Source of the DNA: Neodothiora populina
Taxonomy: Eukaryota
Direction of reading: 5' to 3'
Length of the DNA stretch: 64,000 nucleotides
Assembly (NCBI RefSeq): GCF_041146345.1
Contig: NW_027191417.1
Location: 868,001 to 932,000 of the forward strand
The notes under the pieces were generated by a model that did not search any database, was not told the DNA's origin, and was given only the letters and a program-made list of their open reading frames with translations. The first letter of the stretch is position 1. Each line of letters begins with the position of its first letter. The translations under genes were made by a program, and so were the position numbers. Positions 62,339-64,000 of the stretch are shown piece after piece.

Positions 62339-62998
62339 GTTGTTGTTGTTGTTGTTGTTGTTGTGCTGTGACCGGCTTTTACCATGTGAAGTCGGCCAAT
62401 GCCAAGACGTCATGCGCAAGCTGACCAGCTCCAACCACATCCGAGATTCATTAGGACCTTATCTACTTTTGCCTACATACCTCACTGTACCTTCGACCTT
62501 TCTGGGGCAAGCAAGTCGCCTCGGCCGGCTAATGCTGAAGCAGAGGGGGTCAGCGCTCTCCCCAACTTTGGCTGTGCCGTCTCGTCTTCCGCTACGGATG
62601 CCAAAAGCCAGCGCAACCTTGAAAAGCTTGCGGCACCACTGTACTATCTGTTATTTCCCTCGGCTTGACTTATCGATTGCTTTACCATGGACCACGTACG
62701 CACTTCACTACATATCGATGTCAATGTCAACTGCCGTCAAAGAAATTATTTTTCGAATATGACAACAAATATTTAATAATAATGTCAATCGCGAAATACC
62801 TCATCAACCGTACACCGAGAATTTTGGACCTATTCCTGTTTAGAGTGAGATCTACAGCTTGCTTCCGTTGATATGTTTGTCCAAGATTTGAGATTCCACT
62901 TGACTCGCAGGACGGAAAAATTGCGACGGTCATCTGTCGACCGCATAAAGCGCTGATTCCACTGCTGGTGTTGTTGTTGTTGTTGTTGTTGTTGTTGT
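62339..62998. repeat. Two (GTT)n microsatellites upstream of AAC (about 62339-62363 and 62968-62998)
   Basis: Read directly from the sequence. Confidence 0.85.
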
Positions 62999-64000
62999 GT
63001 GTGCTCTACAACGTCGGTCTGATTCCTCACACCGCCGATGTGCAAAGTCAATGATCCTTTATCATCATAAAGTACATTGAGTATACGAGAATGTAACATC
63101 TTCGCAAATCTCCATGGCATACTGTGAGCTGTGTGTACTATGATTTGCAGTCGACACCGACACCAACACCAACATCAATAGAACCTAGGATCGATCATAC
63201 TTAATGCCAGATATCAAGGATTCAACACAGGTGCATGCAGATACATACTCAGCACGGGATATATCCCTTCTCAAGCCCTTCTCAGGGTGAGGTATGCCGC
63301 GTGTTATACGCCTTCAACGCGAAGATCAAGAATTGCTGTCGCCCGGTGTGTCGCAAGTAGCCACAAAGTAAAGCCACACATCTTCGATACAGAATTGCTT
63401 GAAGAACCTTTAGACCGAGTTCGAGTTTGCCACGAGGACCTATGAATATGTAAATATCACAGAGATAATAAAGAGTGTCGTACTATCGTTCCGCAGCTTC
63501 CGCATCCACCGAGTGCCCGGTCTATCTGAGGATTTGACCGTGCCTTCTGCTATAAGTGATAATCTCCTTGAGTACGTAGCACATCTTATTTTTATCAGAG
63601 CAGGACGAAATCACATGCGAGAATTTTTCTTTTGCCCCTGTGGCCACAGTACAATTGCGTGTACTACCTGTTGGCTCCAGTTTTCCGGCGGTGTCGTTGC
63701 CGCTTCAGCCATATCAGACAAATTCCTGACTGCACGGAACGTCACAGTGCGTACAACGGCGATGATCCGAGCCAGATACCTCAGTTTCAGCTACAGCTGC
63801 ATTCTACACAACAAACGAGATGAGTACAAGGAAGGTATCAAGATAATGAACGACTGTAGCTGAGATAATGATTTCGTGGATCACGATCTGACTCGCGATC
63901 TAAGCCGTCGATGCCGAGGCTGAGAGCCAAGACTCACCCGTCGGCAGAGAACTTCACACTTGCTTGTACGACACAGGACTTCGCGACCTAAATATAGGTA

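Noticed and set aside
1..64000. CRISPR arrays, prokaryotic operons, transposons, rRNA, secondary-metabolite cluster
   Set aside because: The DNA is intron-containing fungal sequence. I saw no spaced repeats, transposase/RT ORFs, LTRs/TIRs, rRNA-like tracts or PKS/NRPS/terpene genes.
62400..64000. Short ORFs upstream of AAC (e.g. 63513-63863)
   Set aside because: Non-ATG or low-quality ORFs with no recognisable motifs or codon bias.

Overview
Gene-dense, intron-rich eukaryotic DNA from a filamentous ascomycete (Pezizomycotina; Dothideomycete-like by my impression of the proteins, not tested). Introns are mostly short GT-AG with CTRAY branch sites. I can support about 28 protein-coding genes, mostly housekeeping: a J-domain protein cut by the window edge, a SAM methyltransferase, a Vid24/GID4-like protein, RPS12, TeaR, a divergent NoxR/p67phox-like TPR protein, a CrpA-type Cu(I) P1B-ATPase, NDUFS5, a degenerate Rad51-paralog-like protein, Pal1, MED31, RPC11, an ankyrin protein, SF3B5, Phe-tRNA synthetase beta, the PP2A A subunit, a GPI wall protein, an LMBR1 protein, AIM18, glutaredoxin, the MKK1/2 MAPKK, MRL1, ERG24 and the ADP/ATP carrier. 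I saw no transposon, tRNA, rRNA, CRISPR or secondary-metabolite cluster, and no convincing novel multi-gene system. The best leads are at the RNA/regulatory level. (1) A structured AAC intron carries an internal CAG|GTGAGC site. (2) SF3B5 has a GC-AG intron and an in-frame poly-Cys intron. (3) Glutaredoxin has a hidden mitochondrial presequence reachable only by non-AUG initiation or a cryptic intron. (4) One intron apparently ends in AT rather than AG. (5) Five GTACAGTA copies lie upstream of the copper exporter. (6) The NoxR paralog has an unusual C-terminal repeat. All gene models and family calls were made by eye and from recalled family motifs, with no database search.
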